Positions 30,193 through 40,791 are shown, counted from the first letter of the stretch. The stretch is 64,000 nucleotides of DNA from Trueperaceae bacterium (GCA_965214405.1 OZ243956.1:3744001-3808000), one strand, 5' to 3'. Notes: generated from the sequence alone by a model not told the origin. Numbers and translations are program-made.

Positions 30193-32715
30193 TTAGCCCT
30201 TGATAACGAGGTTGACCAAGCGACCCGGCACCACAATCTCTCTCACGATGTCGGCGTTCTCTATATAACGCGCTACGTTGCTCTCGCTCTTGGCGGCGGC
30301 CAGGACGGCGGCTTTATCGGCGTCTTTGGGCACCTCAACCTCGCCGCGCCGCTTGCCGTTGACCTGCACGGCTATTGTAACCGTGTCGCTCACTAACGCC
30401 TTGGGGTCGTAGTCGGGCCAGCTTTGGGTGTGAACCGAATCCTCATGACCCGTGCGGTGCCACAGTTCCTCGGCCAAGTGGGGGGCGATGGGGGCCAAGA
30501 GCAGGGTCAGCGACTTCACGCCTTCTTGCCACTCGGGGGTCTCGAGCACCGCCCCGCTCTTAACCTTGTTCATCGCGTTCACCAGCGTCATGAGTTCGGC
30601 GACGGCGGTGTTGAACCTAAAGCCCTCCAAATCCTCCGTGACTTCTTTGATAGCCGTATGAACCGCGCGCCGTAAATCCTTGCGCGCCCGCTCGTCAACC
30701 GCGCCACCCGCATCCTCCGCCCCTTCCGTCACCAGCGTCCAAACCCGGTTAAGGAAGCGTGTGACGCCCTCGATGCCCTGATAGTTCCACGGGCCGCCCT
30801 GGTCCCAGGGTCCGATAAACATCAGGTACGCGCGCACCGCGTCCGCGCCGTACTCGGAGACCAACTGGTCCGGGTTGACGACGTTGCCCCGCGACTTGGA
30901 CATCTTCTCGTTGTCCTCACCCAGAATCATGCCCTGGTTGCGCAGTTGCAAAAAGGGCTCGCTCGTCTCTATGAGCCCCAAATCGCGCATCACCTTGGTA
31001 AAGAAGCGCGCGTACAGGAGGTGCAAAATCGCGTGCTCGATGCCGCCCGTGTAGGTGTCCACGGGCGTCCACGCCTCGACCAACGCCTTGTCGATGGGCG
31101 CGTCGTCTTTGTGCGGCGACAGGTAGCGGAACCAGTACCACGACGAATCCATAAAGGTGTCCATCGTGTCCGTCTCGCGCGTCGCGGGACCCCCGCACTC
31201 GGGGCAGGTCGCGTTCAAAAAGCTCTCGTGGTGCTTCAGGGGCGATTCGCCCGTGGGCATAAACTCGACGTCCTCCGGCAGCCTGACGGGCAAATTCTCC
31301 TCCCGCTCCGGCACGATGCCGCACTCGTCACAGTAGAGCATTGGGATAGGCGTGCCCCAGTAACGTTGACGTGAGATGAGCCAGTCGCGCAAGCGATAGA
31401 TGACCCGGCCCTCACCCGCGCCGCGAGTCTCGAGAAAATCAATCGCCGCCGCAATCGCCGGGTTCTTGCGTCCCTTCTCGCCGTTGTTCATTTTGCCGTT
31501 AATAGGCCCGCTGTTAATGAGCACGCCGGGACCCGCGTACGCCTCGGCCATCGTGTCCGCGTCAAAGGCTTCCGCCCCTTCGGGCTGCACCACCGGGACG
31601 ATCTCGAGGCCGAATTTTCTCGCAAACTCGAAGTCGCGCTGGTCACCAAAGGGCACCGCCATGATCGCCCCCGTCCCATAACCCATCATTACGTAGTCGG
31701 CAATCCAGATGGGGATGCGTTCACTGTTCACCGGATTAACCGCGTAGGCGCCGATGAACTCCCCCGTTTTCTCCTTGCCCTCCGCCTGCCGCTCGATTTC
31801 GCTCAGGTGCGAGGCGCGCTTCACGTACGCCTCAACCGCCTCTTTATGCTCCGGCGTCGTCAGCGTCTCGACCAGCGGATGTTCGGGCGCTAACACCATA
31901 AAGGTCGCGCCCCAGAGCGTGTCCGGGCGGGTGGTAAAGACGGTAATGTCGTCGCCCGCTTCGCTTCTAAAGGTGACCTCGGCCCCCTCGGAGCGGCCAA
32001 TCCAGTTTGTCTGCATGAGTCTTACGCGTTCGGGCCAGTCCAGCCCCTCAAAACTGAGCAGTTCCTCGGCGTAGTCGGTAATCTTGAAGTGCCACTGCGG
32101 CATCAGCCGCCGCTCGACCAGCGCGCCGCTCCGGTCGCCGCGCCCGTCAATCACCTGCTCGTTCGCCAGCACCGTCTTGTCCACCGGGTCCCAGTTGACG
32201 AACGATTCCTTGCGGTAGGCCAGTCCCTTTTTGAACATCTGGATAAAGAACCATTGATTCCAGCGGTAGTAGTCGGGGTCGCAGGTGACAATCTCCTTGG
32301 ACCAGTCGAACATCGCGCCCATCTGCTTGAACTGCGCTTCCATGTGCGCGATTTGGCTGTAAGTTAAAGCCGCCGGATGAACGCTCCGGCCCTCGTTCGC
32401 GGCCTTGATGGCGGCGTTTTCGGCGGGCAGCCCAAAGGCGTCGAAGCCCATCGGATAGAAGACGTTGTACCCCCGCATCCGCTGAAACCTTGCAAAGGCG
32501 TCGGGCACCGCGAAGGCGTACCAGTGCCCGACGTGCAGGTCGCCGGAGGGATAGGGGTACATGGTCAGGTGGTAATACTTGGGCTTGCTGGTGTCGTGCA
32601 AGTCCGTTTCGTACAAACCGCTCTCCGCCCACTTTTTTTGCCATTCGGGCTCGAGCTCACTCGGGTTGTAACGTTCGGACTTATAAACAGGTTTGTCGGT
32701 GACGGCGTCGGACAT
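30193..32715 (-). CDS. leuS: Leucine--tRNA ligase
   Basis: [52 protein letters not shown]. Confidence 0.97.
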   Translation of the reverse strand: MSDAVTDKPVYKSERYNPSELEPEWQKKWAESGLYETDLHDTSKPKYYHLTMYPYPSGDLHVGHWYAFAVPDAFARFQRMRGYNVFYPMGFDAFGLPAENAAIKAANEGRSVHPAALTYSQIAHMEAQFKQMGAMFDWSKEIVTCDPDYYRWNQWFFIQMFKKGLAYRKESFVNWDPVDKTVLANEQVIDGRGDRSGALVERRLMPQWHFKITDYAEELLSFEGLDWPERVRLMQTNWIGRSEGAEVTFRSEAGDDITVFTTRPDTLWGATFMVLAPEHPLVETLTTPEHKEAVEAYVKRASHLSEIERQAEGKEKTGEFIGAYAVNPVNSERIPIWIADYVMMGYGTGAIMAVPFGDQRDFEFARKFGLEIVPVVQPEGAEAFDADTMAEAYAGPGVLINSGPINGKMNNGEKGRKNPAIAAAIDFLETRGAGEGRVIYRLRDWLISRQRYWGTPIPMLYCDECGIVPEREENLPVRLPEDVEFMPTGESPLKHHESFLNATCPECGGPATRETDTMDTFMDSSWYWFRYLSPHKDDAPIDKALVEAWTPVDTYTGGIEHAILHLLYARFFTKVMRDLGLIETSEPFLQLRNQGMILGEDNEKMSKSRGNVVNPDQLVSEYGADAVRAYLMFIGPWDQGGPWNYQGIEGVTRFLNRVWTLVTEGAEDAGGAVDERARKDLRRAVHTAIKEVTEDLEGFRFNTAVAELMTLVNAMNKVKSGAVLETPEWQEGVKSLTLLLAPIAPHLAEELWHRTGHEDSVHTQSWPDYDPKALVSDTVTIAVQVNGKRRGEVEVPKDADKAAVLAAAKSESNVARYIENADIVREIVVPGRLVNLVIKG

Positions 32716-32787
32716 GGGTGTCTCCTTTTGAAAGGGGGTCGGCTTTTGACTTTATGCTAACAGGAAAAGGCCAGCCGCAAAGGGTCC

Positions 32788-32821
32788 AAAAACAAAAATC
32801 CCTGACCAAACGGGGTCAGGG
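32788..32821 (-). terminator. Attenuator terminator in the leuS leader
   Basis: CCCTGACC-ccgttt-GGTCAGGG followed by ATTTTTGTTTTT on the minus strand. Confidence 0.75.
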
Positions 32822-32850
32822 CGACAAAGCAGAAGCGGCTTGGGGGGTCG

Positions 32851-32901
32851 CTAGTGCTTCGGCCCTCCTGGGAGTAGTCGATGGGTGGACGGGTGAATCA
32901 T
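32851..32901 (-). CDS. leuS leader peptide MIHPSTHRLLPGGPKH
   Basis: 16-codon ORF with CTA-CTC Leu pair between the promoter and the terminator. Confidence 0.65.
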   Translation of the reverse strand: MIHPSTHRLLPGGPKH

Positions 32902-32910
32902 CTTATGCCT

Positions 32911-32939
32911 ATGGTAGACGGTAAAGCCAACTCTGTCAA
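32911..32939 (-). promoter_or_regulatory. Sigma70 promoter of leuS
   Basis: TTGACA-N17-TACCAT. Confidence 0.75.
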
Positions 32940-33679
32940 TAATCAAGTTTATTCTGCTTCCTCCGCATATTCATCCAAAACGCTGTCCGAAAGGTGAGAA
33001 AGGTGCTTCTCTTTCGCAAGCTCTCTAACGCTTTCGTAAGAGAGGTAGGTGCAACTTTCTGAGAGAGGACCCTTTTCAAGAAGTGAAAAGACGGGGCGGC
33101 GCAACTCCTGAAAAACTTTCTCACGCCTGGAAGAGGGAGCTACTATGTTCAGCTTTATGTCCATGTTTGGCTGCAAGGCGAGCAGGTCAGCCATTCGCAA
33201 AATGCCAGAGTACACAGAAGTTGTGTGTTCTACTTCAAAGGCTCTGACGATTGCGCGCCCCCGAAGCCACAGCACGTCAATCTGTTCTATCGTTTTCAGA
33301 GTGGTGTCATCATAATTTAGCGGTAGATAGTCAATGACCGGACGGTTGTCGCGCTTCCACTCTCCCAAAACGGCTCCCCTGTCACTTCTGGGTAACCAAA
33401 TCTTCATCCCCATTTCAGCACCAATTCGAGCCAGCAGTGCTTGTATCTTGATTGACTCTCTTACCTCCTGCCGGATTTTTGGCGAGACTTCTGTTTCGCC
33501 TTCGTCTTCCTCTGGAACGGACACCGTCACCAATTTGTCGGCAGCCCGTACTTTATGGGTTGTAAGTTTGGCATAGTCTTTTTCATCTAATGGAAAGTTC
33601 TCACCAATATTAGCCTGACGCAAAATTAAGGTCTCAAGAAATTGTCCATCAGAATCTTCAAACTGGTTGAGGCTGCTCC

Positions 33680-34729
33680 CTAAGTACACGACAAAAGCCG
33701 AAAACAGCGGTCCAGGTCAGGCTTTTTGGTTGCCGAGTTGGTGAGCAGATGCCTGAGATGGTCTAAGCCTGCCCGGAATAAAGACTTCTGCTTGCGCCCG
33801 TGCGACTTCATTCGAACAGGTTTGAGCTGACGGTGAACAAATGCTCCGACTTTCAAGGCCCATAAGAAAGCCAGGGTCACAACGACAAGTAAGGTGTTAA
33901 TGCGCTCTAGGTGCTTGAGATGCGTAGCTTCAAAGTCAAAGCCGCTGCTTTTCAAGGCTTTGAACAAGCATTCTATCTGCCAGCGCTTCGCGTAGCTTGC
34001 GAGGGCCTGCTTAGGATTGCGGTTGGTGACGACGATGATGTATTCTCCACCCTCTAAACGCGCGCCTGCAACCCCAAGCTCAACACCAAAGACAGTGTAG
34101 CGCTGTTTAAGTACCTTGTGCTCACCCACAGGTAGATGCTGGAAAAAGCCGAACAGATGAAACCAGCCATCACCGAGAGCGTCTTTACGCACGCGGATAA
34201 CGAAAGGGATGTGCTTACGCTCAAGATAAGCGAACCAGTCGCCCCCGATGAACTCCCTATCGGCTAGCAGCACCTCTAGCTGGTCTACGGGCAAAAGTTT
34301 TAGCAAACGCTCCAAAAGCGTAATGCGTTCTTGCGTGGCGGAGTTGCCAGCCTTGGGCAAAAGACACCACAGTAAGGGAACCGCTACGCCCTCATGCGCA
34401 TAAGCCAGGGTCAAGATGTTGATGTCGAGTTTGCCAAACTTCCAGTTCGTCCGGTCTAGGCACAGGCTGTAGCTTCGCTTGGGACCTAGACTCAGCGCGT
34501 ACCTGAAAACTGTCTCATCGGCCAAGTGCAAGCCTTGGAAAAACCGTTGCGCCCGTCTGTAAAGCGAGTCCGGCTGGGCTCTGCCCTCCATCATGCCTAC
34601 CAACGTCGCCAAGTTCACCGTCTTTGCCTGCACCATCGCGATCATCAACAAGCTCAAGAACTTAAGCCGTGACGGGTGCAGCTTTAAGCCGCTCGCTTTC
34701 AACTGTGCCAGCAACCCGGTATGCTTCAT
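33680..34729 (-). CDS. IS4-family DDE transposase
   Basis: LDRTNWK, LADREF, YAKRWQIECLFKALKS (YREK motif); stop codon lies in the IR. Confidence 0.92.
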   Translation of the reverse strand: MKHTGLLAQLKASGLKLHPSRLKFLSLLMIAMVQAKTVNLATLVGMMEGRAQPDSLYRRAQRFFQGLHLADETVFRYALSLGPKRSYSLCLDRTNWKFGKLDINILTLAYAHEGVAVPLLWCLLPKAGNSATQERITLLERLLKLLPVDQLEVLLADREFIGGDWFAYLERKHIPFVIRVRKDALGDGWFHLFGFFQHLPVGEHKVLKQRYTVFGVELGVAGARLEGGEYIIVVTNRNPKQALASYAKRWQIECLFKALKSSGFDFEATHLKHLERINTLLVVVTLAFLWALKVGAFVHRQLKPVRMKSHGRKQKSLFRAGLDHLRHLLTNSATKKPDLDRCFRLLSCT

Positions 34730-34809
34730 ATGCTCTCCCTTGAAGTGGTGTCTCGCAACATCCATTCTTCACTGGAGAGCCCTTTATTTCAAATCTGTCG
34801 TGTACTGAG
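33680..34809 (-). mobile_element. IS4-family insertion sequence, copy 1 (1130 bp)
   Basis: Terminal IRs CT(A/C)AGTACACGACA; 9-bp TSD GGCTGCTCC at 33671-33679 and 34810-34818. Confidence 0.93.
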
Positions 34810-35276
34810 GGCTGCTCCTTATTTTCCCCGTCCAGTTAGAAGAGTTTTGGTTGTACCCTTTGGTGAAAGATAGCGTGCTCCAAACTTCTTCATTATGAAC
34901 AGGTATGGCTTTTTCCTTTTCAAGCCAAGCGACGGGATTCACGGTAAAGCGAATAACGAACGGGTCGTCTTTATCCTGAAAAATTGGAGAGTCGTCTTGA
35001 AAATAAGTATCTGTAATCTCGAGAATCCCGACCCACCGAGACAGTTTAGTTATGTAGCACACAAGTTTATCTCCCGGCTTAACGCGTTTTGCGGCATTTT
35101 CTTGCCTCTTACGAAAGCCTGTAGTGTCGCGGCTGGAGGTAGAAAAGGCTTCATACGTTTCTGGAGAAAACAAAGAGAGAAAGTACGCCATGCTGTAGAA
35201 AAAGCTTACCATCAAGCTGACAGCATTGTGGTCGAGTTAATCTTTCAACATCTAAGGTGTGTCTGACTTTCGAGCC

Positions 35277-35873
35277 TCACCAAATCTCCTCCAGCTCGAG
35301 CACAAACCCCTCTAACACCCCTATTCCCTCGACCCTTTCGGGTTGCTCGAGTTCTTCCACCCCTTCAGACGTATAGATATAAACGCGCCTCTCCTGCGGG
35401 TCTATGAGCCACCCAAGCTCTGCGCCGTTCTCCATATACTCCTGCATCTTCTCCCTAACGACTTCCAAGCGGTCAGTCGGGGAGCGAAGCTCTAAAACGA
35501 ACTCAGGGCAAAGGGGTAAGAATTTGTCCATCTGTGCTTGAGTGAGTTCCGCCAACCTCTCCTTACTCACCCATGACACATCGGGCGAGCGAATCGCGCC
35601 GTTGGGTAGGCGAAAGCCGCCGGATGACTCGAGCACTTCGCCCCGACCCTCGTCTTCCGCCCATTGACCTAGCCTCCTTGTAAGCCTGGCGTTGCGGATG
35701 CTCGTATTTCCTCCGGTGGGCGGCATGACGATAAGGTCTCCTTCAGCGTTTAGCTCCATGCGGAGGTCTTTGTTAAGTTGGGCAAGGTGAAAGAAGGTCT
35801 CGGCGCTTAGATCGAGCGCCGGGTTGAGGCGCATGACGAGCGGTTGGGTTGAGCGTTCTTTAACTACATCCAT
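35277..35873 (-). CDS. Uma2 family endonuclease
   Basis: GFRLPNGAIRSPDVSW, PEFVLELRSPTD, GWLIDP. Confidence 0.9.
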   Translation of the reverse strand: MDVVKERSTQPLVMRLNPALDLSAETFFHLAQLNKDLRMELNAEGDLIVMPPTGGNTSIRNARLTRRLGQWAEDEGRGEVLESSGGFRLPNGAIRSPDVSWVSKERLAELTQAQMDKFLPLCPEFVLELRSPTDRLEVVREKMQEYMENGAELGWLIDPQERRVYIYTSEGVEELEQPERVEGIGVLEGFVLELEEIW

Positions 35874-35896
35874 GACTTCCTCCAGAGGCTCGAGCC

Positions 35897-36496
35897 TCAC
35901 CAAATCTCGTTTAGCTCGAGCACGAAACCCGCCAACACCCCTGTTCCCTCGACTTTTTCAGGCTGCTCGAGTTCTTCTATCCCTTCGGGCGTATAGATGT
36001 AAACGCGCCCTTCCTGCGGGTCTATAAGCCAACCAAGTTCCGCACCGTTGTCCATGTACTCCTGCATCTTCTCTTTAACGACTTTTAAGCGGTCGGTGGG
36101 GGAGCGGAGTTCTAAAACAAACTCAGGGCAAAGCGGGGGAAACTTGTCCATCTGTGCGTTCGTTAGTTCGTCCAATCTTTGCTTGCTCACCCACGACACA
36201 TCGGGAGAGCGAACCGCGCCGCTGGGTAAACGAAAACCCGTAGAGGAATCGAACACTTTACCCTGCCTCTCCTGGCGGTTCCACAAAGCGAACTGAAAGG
36301 TGAGTTCTGCGTTGCGGTTTCCCGTGTTTCCTCCAGCAGGCGGCATGACGATAAGGTCCCCTTCGGCGCTGAGCTCTAAACGGAGGTCTCGGTTGAGTTG
36401 GGAGAGGTGGAAGAACGTGTCGGCGTCGAGCTCGAGCACCGGCTTCAAGCGCATCACGAGCGGTTGCAGGGTGGTTGGGCGTTCCTTGACTTGCAT
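35897..36496 (-). CDS. Uma2 family endonuclease (tandem paralog)
   Basis: FDSSTGFRLPSGAVRSPDVSW, PEFVLELRSPTD; GGAGG RBS. Confidence 0.9.
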   Translation of the reverse strand: MQVKERPTTLQPLVMRLKPVLELDADTFFHLSQLNRDLRLELSAEGDLIVMPPAGGNTGNRNAELTFQFALWNRQERQGKVFDSSTGFRLPSGAVRSPDVSWVSKQRLDELTNAQMDKFPPLCPEFVLELRSPTDRLKVVKEKMQEYMDNGAELGWLIDPQEGRVYIYTPEGIEELEQPEKVEGTGVLAGFVLELNEIW

Positions 36497-36610
36497 AACT
36501 AACCTCCGCATGAAAGATTTCCGATCGCCTTGGCATTGTACCAGTGACAGAAAATAGTTGAGGATGTTTTTTGGATGCGTGGGCTCGAGCGCCAACACGC
36601 CTCACCCAAT

Positions 36611-37876
36611 TCAAGCACCTCGAGGCCTGCTCATTGCCTCAACATCGTTTAGAAGGATGGCCGCGGCCTTTTCGCCGCTCTCCATCGCGCCCTGAATGGA
36701 ACTCAGGCTGGTGGTCTCGGAGGCGATAAGAACGTTTTTGATTGGCGTGGCGTGCCCCGCAAGCGTGGCGCTAAAGCCGGGCGGCTGGGCGAACTGCGCG
36801 AACGTCAAGCGGTCGATATGAAGTAGGCGGAGCTCGGCAACCGCGGGCGCGCCGTACCAATGGGTGAGTTCTTCACGAACTGTGCGGTTTAAGTCCGCGT
36901 CATCAAGTGTAGGCAAACCGAGCACGGTCACGGCGAGCAGGTGCGCCCCGGCGGGCGCGAGGGCGGGGTTGGCGTTGCTCGCCCAGATGGCGTTGTTGAC
37001 GAATCCCTCTTTCGCGTTGAGCAGGAGCCGCGGTTCGTCGTCCAGGAGAACGCTGGACGAGTAGTACAAGTACGTGCTGCTCACCGCCCGGTGCGGCACA
37101 TCAGCACCCGTGAGGCGGCGAATTGTAAGCGGGTCCGCCGCCACGATCACCCGGTCAGCTTCTAAAGTCCCGCCGCTCGTGTGGAGGGTGACGCCGTGGG
37201 TGGTGGGCTCGAGCCGCTCAACACGCGTACCGGTTTGAACATCCAACCCTTCCGCCAGTTGCCTCGTGATCTCGCCCATCCCGCCCCGCGGCGTGGTGGT
37301 CGCGCCGTCCATGAGCATCCGAAAATAGTAGCGGAAGAGCCGCGCGCTGGTCGAAAGGTCGCGCTGGAGAAAGATGCCGCCGAAAAAGGGAGCGAAAAAG
37401 TGCTCGATGGCTCTCTCTGAAAATCCAGAGTTCTGCAAAAAACTTTTAGTAGTTTCGTCCGGCCCATCAAGGAGCGCGTGCGGCTCGCCCCTTTTAAGTC
37501 CCGCCGCCAGCTTGCCGACGAGAAGCTTGTCGCGCAGGCTGAGAGAGCGGGCGCTCAGCGTGCTCAAAAAACTCTGCGGGTCGCGCAGGGGGTCGCCCAC
37601 TCTTTCTCTGTGACCGTCCCGGCAGATGACGGCGCCGGGGGGGATGGGCTGAAGCTCGAGTCTCCCAAAGTCAAGCTGACGTTGGGCCGCTGGGTAGGCG
37701 GTAAAGAGCACCTGGAAACCGCGGTCAATCGTGAAGCCCTGTATATGCCGCGAGCGCACGCGCCCGCCGACGTTGCTTTCGGCCTCGAGCACCCGCACCC
37801 CAACCCCCGCCCGCTTCAGCACCCGCGCCGCCGTAAGGCCCGTGAGGCCCGCGCCAACCACCATAACCGAATCCAT
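36611..37876 (-). CDS. FAD-dependent amine oxidase-like oxidoreductase
   Basis: VVGAGLTGL...EAESNVGGR, DRGFQVL, SIQGAMESG. Confidence 0.88.
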   Translation of the reverse strand: MDSVMVVGAGLTGLTAARVLKRAGVGVRVLEAESNVGGRVRSRHIQGFTIDRGFQVLFTAYPAAQRQLDFGRLELQPIPPGAVICRDGHRERVGDPLRDPQSFLSTLSARSLSLRDKLLVGKLAAGLKRGEPHALLDGPDETTKSFLQNSGFSERAIEHFFAPFFGGIFLQRDLSTSARLFRYYFRMLMDGATTTPRGGMGEITRQLAEGLDVQTGTRVERLEPTTHGVTLHTSGGTLEADRVIVAADPLTIRRLTGADVPHRAVSSTYLYYSSSVLLDDEPRLLLNAKEGFVNNAIWASNANPALAPAGAHLLAVTVLGLPTLDDADLNRTVREELTHWYGAPAVAELRLLHIDRLTFAQFAQPPGFSATLAGHATPIKNVLIASETTSLSSIQGAMESGEKAAAILLNDVEAMSRPRGA

Positions 37877-37910
37877 ATCCTAAGCTTAACGGGCGGCGTC
37901 GCGTTTTACC

Positions 37911-37939
37911 TTGACACGGGCTCCAAAAGCTCATATCAT
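37911..37939 (+). promoter_or_regulatory. Sigma70 promoter of tRNA-Ala
   Basis: TTGACA-N17-TATCAT. Confidence 0.75.
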
Positions 37940-37949
37940 CGTCTTGCTT

Positions 37950-38025
37950 GGGGCCTTAGCTCAGTTGGGAGAGCACCTGCTTTGCAAGCAGGGGGTCATC
38001 AGTTCGAGTCTGATAGGCTCCACCA
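37950..38025 (+). tRNA. tRNA-Ala (TGC)
   Basis: 76-nt cloverleaf GGGGCCTTAGCTCAG...TTGCAA...GTTCGAGTC...CTCCACCA. Confidence 0.97.
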
Positions 38026-38033
38026 TGAGAAAG
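37981..38033 (+). repeat. attL core (3' half of tRNA-Ala)
   Basis: Identical to 49342-49394. Confidence 0.92.
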
Positions 38034-38054
38034 AGCGTGCAGGACGCGAGAAAG

Positions 38055-38088
38055 GAAGCACCCCGGTGAAAGGGTGCTTCTCTTTTTT
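38055..38088 (+). terminator. Element-supplied terminator for the tRNA
   Basis: GAAGCACCC-cggtgaaa-GGGTGCTTC followed by TCTTTTTT. Confidence 0.75.
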
Positions 38089-38093
38089 GGCCT

Positions 38094-38116
38094 TTTGACG
38101 ACCAATTGACGACCAC
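38094..38116 (+). repeat. Putative integrase arm-type sites
   Basis: TTTGACGACCAATTGACGACCAC, repeated identically at 49217-49239. Confidence 0.75.
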
Positions 38117-38122
38117 CAGTTT

Positions 38123-39022
38123 TTAGTTGAGTTTATCGCCGGGGGTGCTCGAGCCCAACGCCTGACTGAGATTTATCCCGGCCTCTACGCGGTCTTCTTC
38201 AAAAAGGTGTGTGTAAAGGCGCATGGTAAACGCGGGGTCGGTGTGGCCTATCTGGTCGGCTATGAGTTTGGGGTCTTGTCCCTGCTTACGTCTTATAGAC
38301 ACGTTCAGGTGCCGGAGGTCGTGCAGCGTCGCGTGTCTGACGCCCGCCTCATCCTCTAGGCGGTGGCGTAGCCGCGTCACGTTGCGGGGTATAAGTTTTG
38401 TGCCTACCTCGGAAGTAAAGATAAGCTCTTTTTCAGGCCACAGCGCGCCCGTCTTGGCTTTTTCGGCGTCCTGTCTTTGGCGATGGTGCTCAAGCACCTC
38501 GGTAACGTCTAAGGACAGCCCGACACGTCTAACGCCCTTCGCGGTCTTAGACTCCCTCACAAACAACGCGCCGCCCTTTAGGTCATCCCAGCGGAGGCGT
38601 AAGAGTTCGTTATGTCTAAGCCCGGTCGCCATAGCCACATGAAAGAGTGCGTACAGCCGATGAGGGCGCGCGGTGTCTAAGAACTGCACCGCCTCTTCTG
38701 AGGTCCATATGACCATCTCTCGCCTTTTTTCCTTGACGGTATCCACCGCCTCCACCGGGTTGTGCGGGATAATCTGCCAGCGCACAGCTTGTTTCATGGC
38801 TGTGTGAAGTCTGCTGCGGCACTGGTTGGCCGTTCGTGCGCCCGAAGTCTTGGCGACATCCGAAACGAGCGCCTGAATTTTGAGCGGGGTTAGTTTCGCT
38901 AGCTTGTCGCGGCCTATGCGGGGCACGATGTACTTTTCAACCGTGTAACGGTAATCCTTTATGGTCCGCGTCTTGAGACCCCCTTCACGCTCATCTAACC
39001 AGCGCTCGAGGTACGCCTTCAC
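38123..39022 (-). CDS. Tyrosine integrase, apparently N-terminally truncated
   Basis: GLRHNELL, SKT, HDLRH, GHTD, LYTH; begins at the core-binding helix YLERWL. Confidence 0.85.
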   Translation of the reverse strand: MKAYLERWLDEREGGLKTRTIKDYRYTVEKYIVPRIGRDKLAKLTPLKIQALVSDVAKTSGARTANQCRSRLHTAMKQAVRWQIIPHNPVEAVDTVKEKRREMVIWTSEEAVQFLDTARPHRLYALFHVAMATGLRHNELLRLRWDDLKGGALFVRESKTAKGVRRVGLSLDVTEVLEHHRQRQDAEKAKTGALWPEKELIFTSEVGTKLIPRNVTRLRHRLEDEAGVRHATLHDLRHLNVSIRRKQGQDPKLIADQIGHTDPAFTMRLYTHLFEEDRVEAGINLSQALGSSTPGDKLN

Positions 39023-39924
39023 GGTACGGGTACAGCCCAGTGTCGCCCTTTACTCGTTGGATTTATATCTTTCCAAGGTTCTCCTGAATCGCCACGTCGC
39101 GTACCCGCTGCGGTTAGGTCCGAAACCCTGAATTTACCCTTTTCATCCTCATACCGATAAAAGTTTTCGATATAACTTTGGTCATAAGGAACGTGCTGCA
39201 CATGGAAGGTAAAATCTTCACTCTTAGAGTAAAGGAAAATAACATCGTGAATGTGATTGTAGGAATGTGAATCACTCCGTGCAGAGGTTCGCTTCCAGAT
39301 AATTTCGTTTCTAAATGAATCTACTCCAAATACCTCATCAAGAATTGCTTTTGCATAATGTCCAACGTTCCAATCCAAATGAACATAGATTGAACCATCT
39401 TCCGCTAGTAGTTCTCTAAGCATTACTGCCGTTTCATAAAACCACTGCAAAAAGCTGTCTAGCCCACGCCCCCACGTATCCCTATACGCCTTCTGCTCCA
39501 AAATGCTCGGCTGCTTGACAAACGTCGTGCTTTGGTCGCCTTCGGTGTTCGGGTCGTCCGGCACCGTCGCGGTAAAGGAGAAGTCCGCCCCGGTTGCAAA
39601 GGGCGGGTCAATGTAAATCAGGTTCACCTCGCCCGCGAACTCGTCCAAGAGGCTCGGCAGCACGTACTTTTTGTCTCCCCAGATAAGGCGGTTGCGCCAC
39701 TCGGTATCGCGGCCCGCCGTAAAGAAGTCGAGCATCCGCTGGCGTTCTTGGACGCTCTCGTTCACCGTCTCGATGGTCTGAAAGGGGAGCGCGATTTTTA
39801 CGGGGGCTACCCGCTTGCCGTCTTTGTATTTGCCGTCCCAGATGAGTTCCATGTCAAAGTCCTCTATATCACGCTCGAGGGTTGTGTGCTCGGTGAGCTT
39901 TGTGTCCCCAAGTTTAACCCGCAC
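39019..39924 (-). pseudogene. Beta-class N6/N4 DNA methyltransferase (Mod-like), C-terminally truncated
   Basis: LIYIDPPF, GSIYVHLDW, FRNEIIW; no FxGxG SAM-binding motif; ends abruptly at the integrase. Confidence 0.85.
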
Positions 39925-40062
39925 CAGGAGAGGTAGAGGGGGATGTGGGAAAGCTCACGCGGGGGCGGGGCTCCTCTAATCCCTTCCTATCTGTCTGGTT
40001 ATAAGGTTTGAGCTTTGTTTAAACGCCCTAATCGCTTTGATATCCAGCCGCTGTAGAGTGTA

Positions 40063-40791
40063 TTAAGCCGCAACTTTGCTTCTTAACCATTCATGAATAG
40101 TCGCGTATGTAACGGTATCTATCTGTAGGTCGAAGTCGGGAGTTAATAAACTCAAAAACCGCTCGTAAGGGTTTTCAACTACGGCTAAAGTTCCGAAACC
40201 TACAAAAGAAGTGACGTTTCTATGGCGTTGCACTTTGTCCTTTAACTCATTCATCTCCCTTATTTTACTTACAATTTTTTTGTTACCTAAAGTGTTGAAA
40301 TGTTTCTTCACTTCCATAAATTCTCCGCAAGATTCACTTTCCATCCAAACGATGGCATCAATCGGTTTGTTCATGGTTAGTGATATTTCGCTGGGCAGGA
40401 GCGTGACTTTATGCTCTCGGTAGAACACCGCTTCTGAAGTATCTTGATACTTCCTTTCGAGAAGCTGTGCAAGTACGCACTCTACAGTCGCTCCAAGAGC
40501 CTTAAACCACTCTTCGTTGGACGTATGTCTATCGTGTTCATACCTTAGCAGTTCAAAAAATTCTTTCGCTTCGCTTTCATCGTCTGGAGAATCAACAATA
40601 TCCTCAAAAACTGTCTTTAACTCGCTGTAAAACTCATAGCCGTGGTGAACTCGCGGTTCTAAAAGAAGCGCAAAGTCAAGCAGCCGTTCCGACTCATTGT
40701 CTATAAGCTGAATCAACCTTTCGACGAGTGAAAGAATTGGCTCGCAATCCGCAGCATCATCTAATTGCGCTGAAAACTCCATTACCGGCAT
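40063..40791 (-). CDS. Putative PD-(D/E)xK nuclease with N-terminal helical domain
   Basis: LGATVE...KPIDAIVW...FMEVKK; ATG overlaps the SecB-like stop. Confidence 0.6.
   Translation of the reverse strand: MPVMEFSAQLDDAADCEPILSLVERLIQLIDNESERLLDFALLLEPRVHHGYEFYSELKTVFEDIVDSPDDESEAKEFFELLRYEHDRHTSNEEWFKALGATVECVLAQLLERKYQDTSEAVFYREHKVTLLPSEISLTMNKPIDAIVWMESESCGEFMEVKKHFNTLGNKKIVSKIREMNELKDKVQRHRNVTSFVGFGTLAVVENPYERFLSLLTPDFDLQIDTVTYATIHEWLRSKVAA

Larger units (their letters stand above)
32949..35191 (-). pseudogene. EVE-domain / PD-(D/E)xK nuclease fusion interrupted by IS4
   Basis: Removing IS 33680-34809 and one TSD restores a 367-aa frame (...GKIRSS|LNQFED...). N-terminal EVE-like (VKPGDKLVCY); C-terminal IDVLW...AFEVEHTT. 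Confidence 0.8.

Noticed and set aside
32716..32940. T-box upstream of leuS
   Set aside because: No GGTGGNACCGCG motif; a leader-peptide attenuator fits better
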